Notes under the pieces: generated by a model | What the model saw: the letters and a program-made list of their open reading frames with translations, nothing else | Database searches by the model: none | Told to the model about the DNA's origin: nothing | Part shown: positions 28,818 through 38,438 of the stretch, in pieces | How the letters are laid out: each line of letters opens with the position of its first letter | Position numbering within the stretch: the stretch's first letter is position 1 | Translations under genes and position numbers: made by a program | NCBI GenBank assembly: GCA_964342745.1 | Contig: CAYFFW010000005.1 | Coordinates: 1,046-65,045, forward strand | Reading direction: 5' to 3' | Source of the DNA: an uncultured Gammaproteobacteria bacterium | Lineage (GTDB): Bacteria > Pseudomonadota > Gammaproteobacteria > Magnimaribacterales > Magnimaribacteraceae | DNA length: 64,000 bases

Positions 28818-31800
28818 ATAAGATTCTTATAGCCAACAGGGGTGAAATTGCTATTAGGATAGCCAAGTCATCAAAAGATTTAGGATTAAAGACGGTAGGT
28901 ATTTATTCAGAAGATGACAAGGACTCGTTGCACGTATCAAAGATGGATGAATCTTTTCAGTTAAAGGGTAATGGGATTCAAGCTTACTTAGATATAAAAA
29001 ATATAGTCTCTATTGCTAAAGCTAATAAAGTTAATTTAATTCACCCTGGTTATGGTTTTTTGAGCGAAAACGCAAATTTTGCTAAAGCTATTTTAAAAGA
29101 AGGTATAACTTTTGTAGGACCAGAAGAGAAGACATTAAGGCTTTTTGGAGACAAAATTCAGGCAAAGAAGTTAGCGGAAGAGAATAGCATTCCAACCATT
29201 AGAGGCACTTCAGGAAAAGTTTCTTATAAAGAAGCAGAAAATTTTTATAAAAGCTTAAATAAAAAATCTTCGATCATGATAAAAGCTGTTGGAGGGGGTG
29301 GTGGTCGAGGTATGAGATTGGTTAATGATATTAATGAGTTAAAGGACTCTTTTAAAAGAGCCTCTTCAGAGGCTAAAAGTTCTTTTGGTTCTGATTCTTT
29401 ATATCTAGAAGAATACTTAACTAATCGACGCCATATAGAAGTGCAAATAGTGGGTGATGGTTCTGGTTTAATCAGTCATTTTGGTGAAAGGGAATGTTCT
29501 ATACAAAGAAGACACCAAAAGATTATGGAGATAGCACCCAGTCCAAGTTTAAAACCTGAGTTTAAAATTAAGATAATTGAAGCAGCTGTTAAATTAGCGA
29601 AGGCTTCTAAATACAAAGGTTTAGGTACTTTTGAATTCTTAACCACCGATTCCGGTAAAGATTTTAGATTTATTGAAGCTAACGCCAGGCTTCAAGTTGA
29701 GCATACAGTTACTGAAGAGATATACGGCGTAGACCTAGTGAAGTATCAAATACAAATTGCATTAGGAAAAACACTTAAGCAGCTAAAAATAATTCAAGAA
29801 AAGATACCTGTACCTAGAGGAACCTCAATTCAAGCCAGGATAAATATGGAAGTTATGGATAAAAATGGTTCCACCAAACCAACTGGAGGTTCCTTTTCTA
29901 GATTTGATTTACCTTTTGGCCTGGGCGTGAGAGTAGATACTTATGGTTATGCAGGCTATCAATCTAATCCATCCTTTGATTCTCTAATAGCTAAAGTAAT
30001 TACCCATAGTCCAGAAGATAGCTATCAACAAGCACTCAAACGATTAAATAACGCTTTAGGTGATTTTCATATAGAAGGAGTGTCTACCAATATAGAGCTT
30101 CTAAAAAACATTATTACCTACCCGTTAGTAAGAAAAAATAAAGTTAATACAGGTTTTTTGGAGCTTCATTTAGAAGATATCTTAAAGGAATTAGAGAAAA
30201 CTAGATCAAAGATTAAGAAAAAGAAAGCTAGTTTAGCTGGAGCTCAAATTGATAGTGGAGACCCCTTAGCAGTTTTAGACCACGGTAAAGGGCTGATAAG
30301 TGCCAATTCTGAGTTGGAGAACATAGTGGAAATGAGGACTGAGGATTTACCGGTAGGTGTGGAAGCTATTCAAGCACCCATGCAGGGCTTAATTATTAAC
30401 TTCAATGTTAAATCAGGGGATAAGGTTTGGATTGGAAAGTCAGTAGCTATCATGGAAGCAATGAAAATGGAACATGAATTAGTATCAGGGGTAAGCGGAG
30501 AAGTAGCAGACATAACAGTTGATGAAGGTGATACTGTTTATGAAGGACACCCTTTAATTTACATTAAAACCTCAGAAGTTGAGATTCCTAAGTCTAATCA
30601 ACAAGAAAAACTTAATCTAGATTTTATTAGACCTGATTTAAGAGAAGCTATGGACAGGAAAGAAGCAGGTCAAGATGTCAATAGACCTGAAGCAGTAGCC
30701 AAGAGAAGAAAAACAGGTCACAGAACAGCTAGAGAAAATATTGAAGATTTATGTGACAAAGGTAGCTTTACAGAATATGGCTCAGTTGTTCTTGCGGCAC
30801 AAAGAAGAAGAAGGTCTGAAGAAGATTTAATTAAAAATACTACTGGCGATGGAATGGTTTGCGGACTAGGTCATGTTAATGGAGATTTATTTCCTGAAGA
30901 AAGCTCAAGGGTAATGGCTATGTCTTACGATTATATGGTTTTAGCAGGAACTCAAGGCAAACAAAACCATGCAAAAAAAGACAGAATGTTTGAAATAGCT
31001 GAACAAAACAAACTCCCAACTATTTTATTTGCTGAAGGGGGTGGAGGAAGACCAGGAGATACTGATACTTCAGGCGTAGCTGGTTTAGATTGCCTGGCGT
31101 TTACTTACTTTGCTCAACTTTCAGGATTAGTTCCTGTTATAGGAATAACAACAGGTAGATGTTTTGCAGGAAATGCAGTTTTGTTAGGCTGTTGCGATGT
31201 AATTATAGCTACAGAAGACTCTAATATAGGTATTGGAGGACCTGCAATGATAGAAGGAGGAGGTCTAGGAATATTCACACCTGAAGAAGTAGGCCCTATG
31301 GATATACAAGTTCCAAATGGGGTTGTAGATATTTCAGTAAAAGATGAAAAAGAAGCAGTAGTTGTAGCTAAAAAATATCTCTCTTATTTCCAGGGTGTAA
31401 AGAAAGACTGGAAAGCGCCCGATCAAAGAAAACTCAGGTTTGCTGTTCCAGAAAATAGATTACGCTATTACGATATGAGGAAAGTGATAGAAGGTTTGGC
31501 TGACGAAGACTCCTTACTAGAAATAAGAAAAAACTGGAGTCCAGGAATGATTACTTCCTTTATTAGAATTGAGGGTAGGCCAATAGGAATTGTAGCTAAT
31601 AATCCAGGACATCTCTCAGGAGCTATAGACTCACCTGGAGCCGATAAGGGCTCAAGATTTATCCAATTATGTGATGCATTTGATATACCTGTTTTGTCTC
31701 TAATAGATTGCCCTGGAATAATGGTGGGGCCAGAAAGTGAAAAATCAGCTCTAGTAAGACATGCAGCTAGGATGTTTGTTGTAGGAGCAAATATGAAAAC

Positions 31801-32182
31801 CCCTTTAATGTCAGTTGTTATAAGGAAGGCATATGGACTAGGTGCTCAAGCGATGGCAGGAGGAAGTTTTAAAGTACCCTTATTTACAGTAACTTGGCCC
31901 ACTGGTGAATTTGGAGGGATGGGTCTAGAAGGTGCAGTTAAGCTAGGCTTTCGAAAAGAACTTGAAGCCATTAAAGATCCCAAAGAAAGAGTTAAAACCT
32001 ACGAAAAAATGGTTGAAGATAGTTACCAAAGAGGAAAGGCTGTCAATATGGCTTCTCATTTTGAATTAGATGATGTTATAGATCCTGCAGACACAAGAAA
32101 ATGGGTAGTATCTGCTTTAAAATCTTTGCCTCCTAAGGCTGAAAGAGGAGTAAAGAAGCGCCCTAATGTGGATACTTGGTAA
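28814..32182 (+). CDS. single-chain acyl-CoA carboxylase (biotin carboxylase + BCCP + carboxyltransferase fused)
   Basis: N-terminal biotin carboxylase (KILIANRGEIAIRI, GGGGRGMR). Biotinyl domain with EAMKMEH, where the Lys codon is at 30464-30466. The C-terminal ~520 aa form a carboxyltransferase domain of PccB/AccD5 type. The start overlaps the SDR stop by 4 nt. Confidence 0.88.
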   Translation: MNKILIANRGEIAIRIAKSSKDLGLKTVGIYSEDDKDSLHVSKMDESFQLKGNGIQAYLDIKNIVSIAKANKVNLIHPGYGFLSENANFAKAILKEGITFVGPEEKTLRLFGDKIQAKKLAEENSIPTIRGTSGKVSYKEAENFYKSLNKKSSIMIKAVGGGGGRGMRLVNDINELKDSFKRASSEAKSSFGSDSLYLEEYLTNRRHIEVQIVGDGSGLISHFGERECSIQRRHQKIMEIAPSPSLKPEFKIKIIEAAVKLAKASKYKGLGTFEFLTTDSGKDFRFIEANARLQVEHTVTEEIYGVDLVKYQIQIALGKTLKQLKIIQEKIPVPRGTSIQARINMEVMDKNGSTKPTGGSFSRFDLPFGLGVRVDTYGYAGYQSNPSFDSLIAKVITHSPEDSYQQALKRLNNALGDFHIEGVSTNIELLKNIITYPLVRKNKVNTGFLELHLEDILKELEKTRSKIKKKKASLAGAQIDSGDPLAVLDHGKGLISANSELENIVEMRTEDLPVGVEAIQAPMQGLIINFNVKSGDKVWIGKSVAIMEAMKMEHELVSGVSGEVADITVDEGDTVYEGHPLIYIKTSEVEIPKSNQQEKLNLDFIRPDLREAMDRKEAGQDVNRPEAVAKRRKTGHRTARENIEDLCDKGSFTEYGSVVLAAQRRRRSEEDLIKNTTGDGMVCGLGHVNGDLFPEESSRVMAMSYDYMVLAGTQGKQNHAKKDRMFEIAEQNKLPTILFAEGGGGRPGDTDTSGVAGLDCLAFTYFAQLSGLVPVIGITTGRCFAGNAVLLGCCDVIIATEDSNIGIGGPAMIEGGGLGIFTPEEVGPMDIQVPNGVVDISVKDEKEAVVVAKKYLSYFQGVKKDWKAPDQRKLRFAVPENRLRYYDMRKVIEGLADEDSLLEIRKNWSPGMITSFIRIEGRPIGIVANNPGHLSGAIDSPGADKGSRFIQLCDAFDIPVLSLIDCPGIMVGPESEKSALVRHAARMFVVGANMKTPLMSVVIRKAYGLGAQAMAGGSFKVPLFTVTWPTGEFGGMGLEGAVKLGFRKELEAIKDPKERVKTYEKMVEDSYQRGKAVNMASHFELDDVIDPADTRKWVVSALKSLPPKAERGVKKRPNVDTW

Positions 32183-32190
32183 AGAGTTTT

Positions 32191-34641
32191 TTAAGAATTG
32201 TAAATAATTTCTTTAGGATTTTTCTTTGTTATAGAAACTATAAGTATGACGCTTAACGCACATATTAAAATTGCACCTACAGCAGGACCAATCAACCAAA
32301 TGTTTGCGTGAAAAACTGCTTCTAAATCAAATACTTGAGTTTCAAGAAAGAAAATACCTAATTGTGCTAGTAAGGCCCCCAATAAACCAGCTAATAATCC
32401 TAGTAAAGCAAATTCCAAAGCAGTAGATTTCTGTAAAAGGGAAGTGCTTGCACCAAATGTTCTTAATACAGCAGATTGGTGTAGTCTTAAATTAAAACCG
32501 TCTTGAATGGTTGCTATAGTTAGAAATATAGCAGAAAAGATAGTTAATCCAAGGATAACCTCTAAAGCTTTTGAAACCTGCTCAATAATACTGTTGACTT
32601 GGTCAATAATGGCATTAATTGACAGAACAGAAACAGTTTTAAACTCAGACATAAACTTGCTTATTACTTTTTCTTTCTCTCTTGGGACATGAAGCGAAGT
32701 TATATATGTTGCAGGGCTATCCTTAAATATTGATGGAGATCCTATAACAAAGAAATTAGGTGAGAAGCTATCCCAATTTACTTCTCTTATACTCTGTATA
32801 TAAGTATTTACCTCATTATTAGAGAAAAAGACTTTGACTGGGTCTCCTATGTTAAGTTGATATCTTAATGCTATGCTATTTGAAATTGATAACCCGTCTC
32901 CAGAATTGCCCTTAAACCACTCTCCAGAAATAATTTTATTATTTTCAGGTAATTTATTTGACCAACTAGCATTAAAATTTCTGTCTATTGGTTTTGAAAT
33001 AGTCTCTCCATCTTTAGGCAATTTGAGTATTACTGTATTTGTTATTGGGTAAAAAGGACTTTCTTCAATACCATTATTTTTTAGAAAGATAGAAATAGGA
33101 TTTAAATCAGTCTTACTAATATTTATCAAAAAATTATTTGGAGAATCTTCAGGTAATGTTGTTTCCCAAGTTGACATTAAGTCGGTTCTTGCTGAAAAGG
33201 CAATCAAACTCAGACCAATTGCCATTGTAAAAGCGAGTACTTGTAGAGAGTTTGTGTATTTTCTTCTATGTAATTCAGACCAAGCTAAAGAGAAAGGATT
33301 ATTAGCACCTAAACCTTTTTTAGTTTTACTTTGAAATGAAACTAAGATCAAGCCATAACCTATAGTAAAAACGCCAAGGATAGAAAAAAAGACGATAGAA
33401 GATAGTAAGAGAGTTTTGGTATACAAAAAAACTAGTAAAAACATTGCTGTTAAGGCCAAGATAAACATTAAGTAAGAGCTGTTTAAATTTTGTTTATCTT
33501 CTCTTCGGAGGATATTTAACGGCGAAATGTTAACCAGTTTAATAAGATTGGGGTAAACAAAGCCCATAAGGCAAATCAAAACTGTTAATGAAGAAACTAC
33601 TAAGGGACCAAAACCAGGTGAAGGAAGGTTGGTAGGAAAGTATTGTTTTAAAATTCCTGTGAAAGCCTCTTGCATAAACCAACCTAGAGTTAGTCCAAAG
33701 ACAATAGCAAAGATACCTAGCTCTAAGAAGATAAGAGAATAAAGAAATTTAATCTCCCAAGATTTAGTTCCTAAAGTTTTTAAAATAGCCACATACTCTA
33801 CATGTCTTCTAGAGAATCTTTGAGAGCTAATTCCAACCGTAAATGCTGCCATTAGCACGGCTAAAAGCCCTCCCAGTAAGAAAAAGTTTCCTGATCTTTC
33901 TATTGCTTTACCCAGAGAGTCATTGGAATCTTGGGCCTCTCTAATGTCATCTCCTGGTTGTTTTATCCTTTGAAGAATATTCTTCAAAGTTAGTATCTTC
34001 TCTTCAGTGCCTAAATAAACAGTCGAAAATCTAACTCTACTGCCTGGTTGAACAATGTTAGTTGCCTGTAAGTCCTCAGTGTTAATTATAGCTTTGGGTG
34101 CAAAAGCAAAACTGTTAGTAGCTCTGTCAGGCTCACTAATAATCGTGTGACTGACTATAAAATCTGCATCTCCTATACTGACTAATTCTCCTATTTTAAG
34201 ATCTAAAATCTCCATTAAACGTTGGTCAAGCCATACGTAACCTCTATTGGGTGGTTTTTTTACATACTCTTTTGAGGACCCAGATTTAAGTTCTAATCCA
34301 CCAACAAGAGGATATTTTTGATCAACAGCCTTTATTGAAGCTAATTGTAAGTTCTCACCGGAAGCCAACATGGATGCAAATAAAACCATCTCAGTACTTT
34401 TAATTCTAAGCTGATTAATTTCTTCATATGCATCGTCATCAATAAGATCACTAGATTCAAATTTAAGATCTCCACCCAAGAATTCTTGGGTTTCAGATAA
34501 TAAAGCCTTCTCAAGTCGATCTGTAAATAAAGAAATACTAGACACTGTTGCAACAGCTAAAACTAACGCGAAAAACATAATACTCAATTGACCTGATCTA
34601 AGTTCACGCCAAAATAGTTTAAGTGAAAGTCCAAAAAGCAT
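32191..34641 (-). CDS. ybbP: ABC transporter permease, FtsX-like, YbbP type
   Basis: 816 aa with two FtsX-like four-TM modules. Adjacent to ybbA and divergent from tesA, as in enterobacteria. Confidence 0.85.
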   Translation of the reverse strand: MLFGLSLKLFWRELRSGQLSIMFFALVLAVATVSSISLFTDRLEKALLSETQEFLGGDLKFESSDLIDDDAYEEINQLRIKSTEMVLFASMLASGENLQLASIKAVDQKYPLVGGLELKSGSSKEYVKKPPNRGYVWLDQRLMEILDLKIGELVSIGDADFIVSHTIISEPDRATNSFAFAPKAIINTEDLQATNIVQPGSRVRFSTVYLGTEEKILTLKNILQRIKQPGDDIREAQDSNDSLGKAIERSGNFFLLGGLLAVLMAAFTVGISSQRFSRRHVEYVAILKTLGTKSWEIKFLYSLIFLELGIFAIVFGLTLGWFMQEAFTGILKQYFPTNLPSPGFGPLVVSSLTVLICLMGFVYPNLIKLVNISPLNILRREDKQNLNSSYLMFILALTAMFLLVFLYTKTLLLSSIVFFSILGVFTIGYGLILVSFQSKTKKGLGANNPFSLAWSELHRRKYTNSLQVLAFTMAIGLSLIAFSARTDLMSTWETTLPEDSPNNFLINISKTDLNPISIFLKNNGIEESPFYPITNTVILKLPKDGETISKPIDRNFNASWSNKLPENNKIISGEWFKGNSGDGLSISNSIALRYQLNIGDPVKVFFSNNEVNTYIQSIREVNWDSFSPNFFVIGSPSIFKDSPATYITSLHVPREKEKVISKFMSEFKTVSVLSINAIIDQVNSIIEQVSKALEVILGLTIFSAIFLTIATIQDGFNLRLHQSAVLRTFGASTSLLQKSTALEFALLGLLAGLLGALLAQLGIFFLETQVFDLEAVFHANIWLIGPAVGAILICALSVILIVSITKKNPKEIIYNS

Positions 34642-34643
34642 TT

Positions 34644-35303
34644 TTAGATGGTCATTCCTTCAGAAAGCTCTATCTGGTCATCGCATCTTGAAGCAAGGTC
34701 GCTATCATGAGTTACTACCACTAAAGCATTTGAAGATTCTGCATTAACTTCAAAAAGTAGATCTGAAATCTTCGCTCCGGTTTTTTTATCTAAATTTCCT
34801 GTAGGTTCATCAGCAAATAAAACTTTTGCATTACAGGCAAAAGCTCTAGCTATGGCAACTCTTTGCTGTTCCCCACCTGAAAGCTGCCTTGGGTAATGTT
34901 GCAATCTATTACTTAATCCAACACGTTTTAAATATTCACTTGCTCTTGTCTCGGCTTCTGGATCTAAGTTAAGTTCAGAAGGAAGCATTACATTTTCTAA
35001 TGCTGTTAGCCCAGGAAGAAGTTCAAATGATTGGAAGACAAAAGCTACATTTTCTTTTCTAACTTCAGCCCTTTGATCTTCATTTAAGTCATGTAAAGGG
35101 TGGCTATTTAAATAAATCTCACCGGAAGAAGGTGAGTCTAGGCCTGCTAAAAGACCTAGCAAAGTTGACTTACCTGAACCAGAAGGTCCAATGACTGCTA
35201 TTGATTTTTCTTTTTCAAGCTCTAAGCTTATGCTGTTAAGAATAATCAACTCGCCCTCTTCAGAGGGCACTTTTTTTGTTAGATTAAGTGTTTTAATAAT
35301 CAT
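34644..35303 (-). CDS. ybbA: ABC transporter ATP-binding protein YbbA type
   Basis: Walker A GPSGSGKST, signature LSGGEQQRV, Walker B LFADEPTGNLD. Confidence 0.9.
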   Translation of the reverse strand: MIIKTLNLTKKVPSEEGELIILNSISLELEKEKSIAVIGPSGSGKSTLLGLLAGLDSPSSGEIYLNSHPLHDLNEDQRAEVRKENVAFVFQSFELLPGLTALENVMLPSELNLDPEAETRASEYLKRVGLSNRLQHYPRQLSGGEQQRVAIARAFACNAKVLFADEPTGNLDKKTGAKISDLLFEVNAESSNALVVVTHDSDLASRCDDQIELSEGMTI

Positions 35304-35320
35304 ATGAATGCAGAATTAAT

Positions 35321-35956
35321 ATGAATAAATTTATCAATTTCCAGAAAAAGTCTAATTTTATAGTAATTCTCTTAATCTTACTGATTCCTCAAAATTTATT
35401 TTCTGAAAACGAAAGAAAATTACTTGTTCTTGGTGATAGCTTAAGCGCAGGATATGGAATTCCTTCTGAAGAAAATTGGGTAAACATAGTCCAGAAGAAG
35501 CTTAATTTAGACAAAAGAAATATAAGACTGATCAATGCTAGCTTATCTGGAGAGACCACTAAAGGCGGTTTATCAAGACTTCCTTCTCTATTGGAAAATA
35601 TAACTCCAGATTTTTTGTTTGTTGAACTAGGGGCAAATGATGGCCTTAGAGGATACCCATCATCTAAAATCCATTCAAATTTAATTGAAATATGCAATCT
35701 TGCTAAAGAAAAAGGAATTTCAATTATTATTATGGAAATAATCGTAGCTCCTAATTATGGCAAGAAATACATGGAAAGATTAAATAAGGTCTATGAAGAA
35801 GTAGCCAATGAATTCGATGCTCAATTAATACCTCCGATGTTGAATGAAGAGATCGTTTTAAATAAAGACTTAATGCTACCTGATGGCATTCACCCAAATG
35901 CGAAAGGTCAGTATGTTATTGCAGATGACATGTATGACTGGATCTCTAAGCTCTAA
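35321..35956 (+). CDS. tesA: SGNH arylesterase / acyl-CoA thioesterase I
   Basis: Signal peptide, GDSLSAGYG block I, GANDG block and DGIHPN block V. Confidence 0.9.
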   Translation: MNKFINFQKKSNFIVILLILLIPQNLFSENERKLLVLGDSLSAGYGIPSEENWVNIVQKKLNLDKRNIRLINASLSGETTKGGLSRLPSLLENITPDFLFVELGANDGLRGYPSSKIHSNLIEICNLAKEKGISIIIMEIIVAPNYGKKYMERLNKVYEEVANEFDAQLIPPMLNEEIVLNKDLMLPDGIHPNAKGQYVIADDMYDWISKL

Positions 35957-36026
35957 ATAGATTTAAAGAAGTAAGAATCTTTATCTTCTTAATTGTATTT
36001 ATAGTCAAATCGAGTAGCATGATTCT

Positions 36027-36809
36027 ATGGGTAGAATGGAAAATAAACTTGATATAGCAAAAGACTGGTTACCTAGATATACAGGAATGCCATTAAAGAA
36101 ATTTGGCAATCATATTTTGCTTACTAACTTTTCTGATTATGTAGAGAACTTTGCCGAAAAGTTTAAGACTGATATTTACGGAGAAAAGAAACCTATGCAG
36201 GCTTCAACTAATTCTGATGGCCTAACAATTATTAATTATGGTATTGGATCTCCAAATGCAGCAACAATTATGGATCTTCTAGTAGCTTGCAATCCTAGCG
36301 GTGTTTTGTTTTTAGGAAAATGTGGGGGTTTAAAACAAAGAAGTGAAATAGGAAACTTTATTTTACCGATTGCAGCTATAAGAGGAGAGGGGACAAGTAA
36401 TGATTACTTCCCTCCAGAAGTCCCTGCATTACCTTCTTTTAAATTACATAAATTTGTGTCTGATAAAGTTATTGAGAGCGGTCAAGAGTATAGAACAGGA
36501 GTTATTTTTACCACTAATAGAAGGGTTTGGGAGCACGATAAGACTTTCTTGAAAAGACTAAAAAAATCTACTTGCATTGGAATAGACATGGAAACTTCTA
36601 CTATCTTCGTAGTAGGACATTATAACGAGATAGCCAGAGGAGCCTTGCTACTTGTTTCAGATGTTCCTGTTACCCCTGATGGTGTAAAGACCGAAGAATC
36701 AGATAAAGGAGTAACTGAAGAATGGTCTGAATTACATTTGGAGATTGGTATAAATGCAATGACTGAAATAGATAAGAGTGGTGAACAAATTAGACATTTT
36801 AGGTATTAG
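36027..36809 (+). CDS. nucleoside phosphorylase-fold protein, AMP nucleosidase catalytic-domain-like (short form)
   Basis: 260 aa. ILLTNFSDYVENF and GIGSPNAATIMDLL resemble the Amn C-terminal domain. No N-terminal regulatory domain is present. Confidence 0.6.
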   Translation: MGRMENKLDIAKDWLPRYTGMPLKKFGNHILLTNFSDYVENFAEKFKTDIYGEKKPMQASTNSDGLTIINYGIGSPNAATIMDLLVACNPSGVLFLGKCGGLKQRSEIGNFILPIAAIRGEGTSNDYFPPEVPALPSFKLHKFVSDKVIESGQEYRTGVIFTTNRRVWEHDKTFLKRLKKSTCIGIDMETSTIFVVGHYNEIARGALLLVSDVPVTPDGVKTEESDKGVTEEWSELHLEIGINAMTEIDKSGEQIRHFRY

Positions 36810-36818
36810 TTTTAAGCT

Positions 36819-37772
36819 ATGAAAAGACTTCATTTGATAACCTTTTTTATTTTATTAGTGAATCTTTTTAGTTTCAGTAATGGTTTAGCTAGCTCAACAC
36901 CTCTTCCAGCAACCATTGATATTCCTAAACCAAAAGTTGATGAATGCATTCCTAGTCCTAAAAAAGGTAGTACAGATATCAAATGCAATGGCATTTTATA
37001 TAGTTTGCATGTTCCTGAAGTTTGTTTATCAAAAGCTTGTGGTCTAATCACAGATATTCATGGCTGGATGATGACTGGAGATATGCAAAACTATTATACG
37101 AATTTAGTTGATTTAGCAGGCGATAAGGGATTTATAGTTATTCAACCAACTGCAAGAAAAACTGTTTACGGAAGATCTTGGGAATATAGAAGAGAAAATG
37201 TTTTCAAAGTTTTTTCGTTCATGAAACAAGTTGAGAATGCTTTCCATGTAATGAAAGAAAGGATTCATGTTACTGGTTTCTCCCAAGGTTCATGGATGAC
37301 CTGGAGGTTCGTATGTGATTACCCTGATTACATAGGTTCAGCTGCTCCAATAGGTTTTGGAGCTGGATCGCCTAAAAACTTACAAAGAACACCTGTAACG
37401 ATCAACGTGTTTAACGATTGTTTTAAAAACCAACAAATAGATATTCTTTATGCCCACGGAAAGAAAGATCAAGTTGTTCATTATTCTGGTGCACTTTCTA
37501 CAGTAAAAAAAATTGGGGAGTCGTGGAATATGGCTAATGCTGAGGTTATATCTAAGGATGATCAACATCAAAGAGTCCGTTTTACAAATAGTCAGGGAAC
37601 TACTTTTGAATTCATTAGCTACAACTGGGTCGCCAAAAGATCTCGTTCAAAAGATGGTGATGGTCATTGCTTTCCAGGAGTTGATAACTATTTAGGGTGT
37701 GGCAGTAATAATCCTTTTCATTGGGGGGAGGAGGTGCTTAATTTCTTCTTAAATCATCCCAAAGAACTATAG
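36819..37772 (+). CDS. secreted alpha/beta-fold esterase (PHB-depolymerase / feruloyl-esterase-like)
   Basis: Signal peptide and nucleophile elbow GFSQGSWM. Confidence 0.6.
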   Translation: MKRLHLITFFILLVNLFSFSNGLASSTPLPATIDIPKPKVDECIPSPKKGSTDIKCNGILYSLHVPEVCLSKACGLITDIHGWMMTGDMQNYYTNLVDLAGDKGFIVIQPTARKTVYGRSWEYRRENVFKVFSFMKQVENAFHVMKERIHVTGFSQGSWMTWRFVCDYPDYIGSAAPIGFGAGSPKNLQRTPVTINVFNDCFKNQQIDILYAHGKKDQVVHYSGALSTVKKIGESWNMANAEVISKDDQHQRVRFTNSQGTTFEFISYNWVAKRSRSKDGDGHCFPGVDNYLGCGSNNPFHWGEEVLNFFLNHPKEL

Positions 37773-37812
37773 CTTTAAAATTGATGTATTAGGAAAAAAA
37801 AATTTTAACCAG

Positions 37813-38436
37813 ATGAGCTTATACGATAAATATATTCTTCCAAGACTGTTAAATAGCTGCTGTAGCAACCCACCTATGGTCTATCAAAGAAAGAAAGTAG
37901 TTCCTCATGCAGAAGGGGATGTGTTGGAAGTTGGAATTGGATCAGGGCTTAATTTACCTTTCTATGATAAAACTAAAGTTAATAAGCTCTGGGGATTAGA
38001 TCCTTCAGAAGAGTTGAATAAGATGGCTGCCGAAGTTGCCAAAGAAGAAAAAATGGAAGTTGATTTCATAATAAGCGGGGCAGAAGAAATCCCACTGCCT
38101 AGCAATAGAGTAGACACTGTTATTTTAACTTACACAATGTGCACTATCCCTGATGTTGAACTAGCAAATAAAGAAATTAAAAGAGTCCTTAAGCCAGAAG
38201 GAAAGTTAATTTTTTGTGAGCACGGAATTTCTCCCGATGAAAATATTTATAAATGGCAGAGAAGAATTAATCCAATTTGGAAAAGAATTGCAGGTGGATG
38301 TAACTTACATAGAGATATACCTGAAATTATCAAAAAGTCTGGCTTTAATATAGAAGAAATAGACACTATGTATTTACCTAGCACCCCAAAATTCGCTGGT
38401 TATAACTATTGGGGTTTTGCTAGACCGAATTCTTGA
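37813..38436 (+). CDS. class I SAM-dependent methyltransferase
   Basis: Motif I VLEVGIGSGLN and post-I LDPSEE. Confidence 0.8.
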   Translation: MSLYDKYILPRLLNSCCSNPPMVYQRKKVVPHAEGDVLEVGIGSGLNLPFYDKTKVNKLWGLDPSEELNKMAAEVAKEEKMEVDFIISGAEEIPLPSNRVDTVILTYTMCTIPDVELANKEIKRVLKPEGKLIFCEHGISPDENIYKWQRRINPIWKRIAGGCNLHRDIPEIIKKSGFNIEEIDTMYLPSTPKFAGYNYWGFARPNS

Positions 38437-38438
38437 AA

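Noticed and set aside
23387-32182. Possibility that the accessory genes after tRNA-Ala form an integrated genomic island.
   Set aside because: I saw no integrase or transposase gene and no direct repeat of the tRNA 3' end downstream. Gene density and composition also look the same as in the flanks.
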